Shown here in pieces: positions 62,490-64,000 of a stretch of DNA of 64,000 bases. A model generated the notes under the pieces. It was given only the letters and a program-made list of their open reading frames with translations. It was not told the DNA's origin and did no database searches. The DNA lies in contig NGBS01001160.1 of assembly GCA_002245135.1 (NCBI GenBank), positions 310,001-374,000 on the forward strand, given 5' to 3'. Position 1 is the stretch's first letter. Each line of letters opens with the position of its first letter. The DNA is from Proteromonas lacertae (Eukaryota). The position numbers and the translations under genes were made by a program.

Positions 62490-64000
62490 ATGGAGAGAAC
62501 AGAAAGATATAGTTATCCCAGTTTTGTCACTATTAAAAACAGCAAAGGTGTTTTACGACCTAATGAATATTATGTATTAATATGGGTTACTTTTGAAATA
62601 GCAAAGAGATGACTTGTCTTGCAACTATAAAGATTGTTCAGAATGTAAAAATTCACCAAATGAAATTGATGGATGTATATTATATGAATAATAGGTTTAT
62701 AGATTTTGATTCAACAAAGCCAATTTTGTTTTTAGATTCAGATTTCGTTTTATTTTATCATATTATTGAATCAATGAATGACTTATTTGTAAATTCTATA
62801 TTATTGACAAGTGTTATTACAGATTGTAGATATCGTTCTAGTTCAAGAGTATTAAAGTGTTTATGTGTGTATAATGTATAGTTATATAATAATCTAATGA
62901 ATGCAATTCATAATCCTAGCAGAGATTATTTCTTAGTTTTTGAAAATCAATATAATAACAAGATATATCATTTTTATTTTCTTATTTTTATTTCTTTTCT
63001 TTTAACTCAATTATTCAAGGAAATATGTTTTGGAAAAGATCCAATTGAATTGAGAAAACATCAATTTGAAACAGGAGTTGCTTGGTATATCAACCATATT
63101 CAAAAACAACTTCCAGAGATGAAATTCATTGTATTATCTATGAATGAAGATATTCACATTGATAATGCTATAAAATACAATGTATTAGTATTGATGATAG
63201 TATTTGAATAGATTGCAGAATATGTATCTACTTTTGTAAATATTCCAAAAGAAATAAAACAGTTGTATTTTATAAATGTTTGATATATTTGTTAAATAGA
63301 GCAGATGAAATAGTTTATGAAAGGAAATGTTACTTAGAATCATTACAGAATAAAGAACAAAATAAATATGAAGTAAAGGATGGTGAAGTCTATACTGGAA
63401 TTATAAATGTAAGTAAACATCATCCGATAGAAGCGATAGTGAAATTAGATAGAATGACAATGAATTTATCAGAAATATTGGTATTATTTTAAACTGTTAT
63501 TAAATAGATTCCAAATAGAGAAGCAAGATCAAATAGTATAAATGGTGATAGAGTAAAAGTGAAATTATATTCTAAAGAACATTGGAAATCAAAACATTCT
63601 AAAGTAATAATACCAACTGAACAAATATCAGTTGTTGATGAAGAGATTGAAAGAAGAATAAATGGAAGAGAAGATGTAATGTTAGAGAATAATCAGGATA
63701 TATTACCTACTGGATATGTTGTAGAAGTTACAAATACTGATAATAGAAGATCATATGTTTGTACAGTTGATTCATTTTCAATTACAAAGAAAGAGTATTT
63801 GATGTATGTTTTATTTATAGTTTTCTCGCTGTTCCAATGGATATAACAATACCGAAGATAAGAGTTATTTCAAGTAATGGTTCATTATTAATAGGTGAAA
63901 GAATTGTAGTAATAATCGATGAGTTTTTAGAAAATACATTTTATCCAATTGGTCATTTTACAAGAGTTTTAGGGAAGATAGGAGATTCATCAACAGAAAT
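62490..64000 (+). CDS. DIS3/RRP44-family exoribonuclease (DIS3L-like), 5' part
   Basis: EYY.RDD..C...C..C (CR3-like), PIN-like region, SINGDRVKV, PTGYVVEV, IPKIRV, YPIGHFTRVLGKIGD. Runs off the window. Confidence 0.82.
62965..63018 (+). other. Putative in-frame U12-type intron, AT-AA termini (54 nt)
   Basis: ATATCATTT 5' site, T-rich body, TTCTTTTAAC branch-like sequence 12 nt from the end. Removal deletes an implausible YHFYFLIFISFLLTQLF insert. Confidence 0.62.

Noticed and set aside
1..64000. Stop codons created by polyadenylation (known in Blastocystis)
   Set aside because: Every complete gene I reconstructed reaches a genomic stop. TGTTTGTT-like GU-rich elements are visible downstream of some genes (e.g. 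28937-28947; 1544-1560 on the minus strand), but poly(A) reads are needed to show earlier cleavage.
1..64000. CRISPR arrays, rRNA, intact transposase or reverse transcriptase
   Set aside because: None seen.

Overview
Very AT-rich, extremely gene-dense eukaryotic DNA. Most intergenic gaps are about 16-250 bp and most introns are GT-AG and about 25-38 nt. This architecture fits a low-GC Blastocystis-like stramenopile (inference). About 28 protein genes can be reconstructed by joining ORF fragments across short introns, plus one tRNA-Ile(UAU). Housekeeping genes include CFAP20, a degenerate kinesin, mitochondrial EF-Ts, an RCC1-TBC RabGAP, DGAT2, an ArfGAP, a BET-like protein, CAPZB, Ubc12, TOR, a C2H2 zinc-finger factor, a FYVE-F-box-ARM protein, a LamG-SEL1 protein and a DIS3-like protein. 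Three islands of intron-poor, capsule/O-antigen-type glycan enzymes interrupt them: glycosyltransferases, a pyruvyltransferase, a FkbM methyltransferase, an AT3-SGNH O-acetyltransferase and a GT61. Main observations: (1) these glycan islands, including a duplicated transferase with localized hypervariable patches that brackets TOR; (2) five 54-68 nt minor (U12-type) introns, four apparently AT-AA and one AT-AC; (3) a near-perfect inverted repeat with ~260-bp arms in the only ~2 kb gene desert; (4) recurrent promoter motifs; (5) a 58-aa micro-gene missing from the ORF track. Scattered single-base frameshifts, even in TOR, suggest consensus indel errors, so pseudogene calls are uncertain. All family assignments come from reading motifs, not from database searches.
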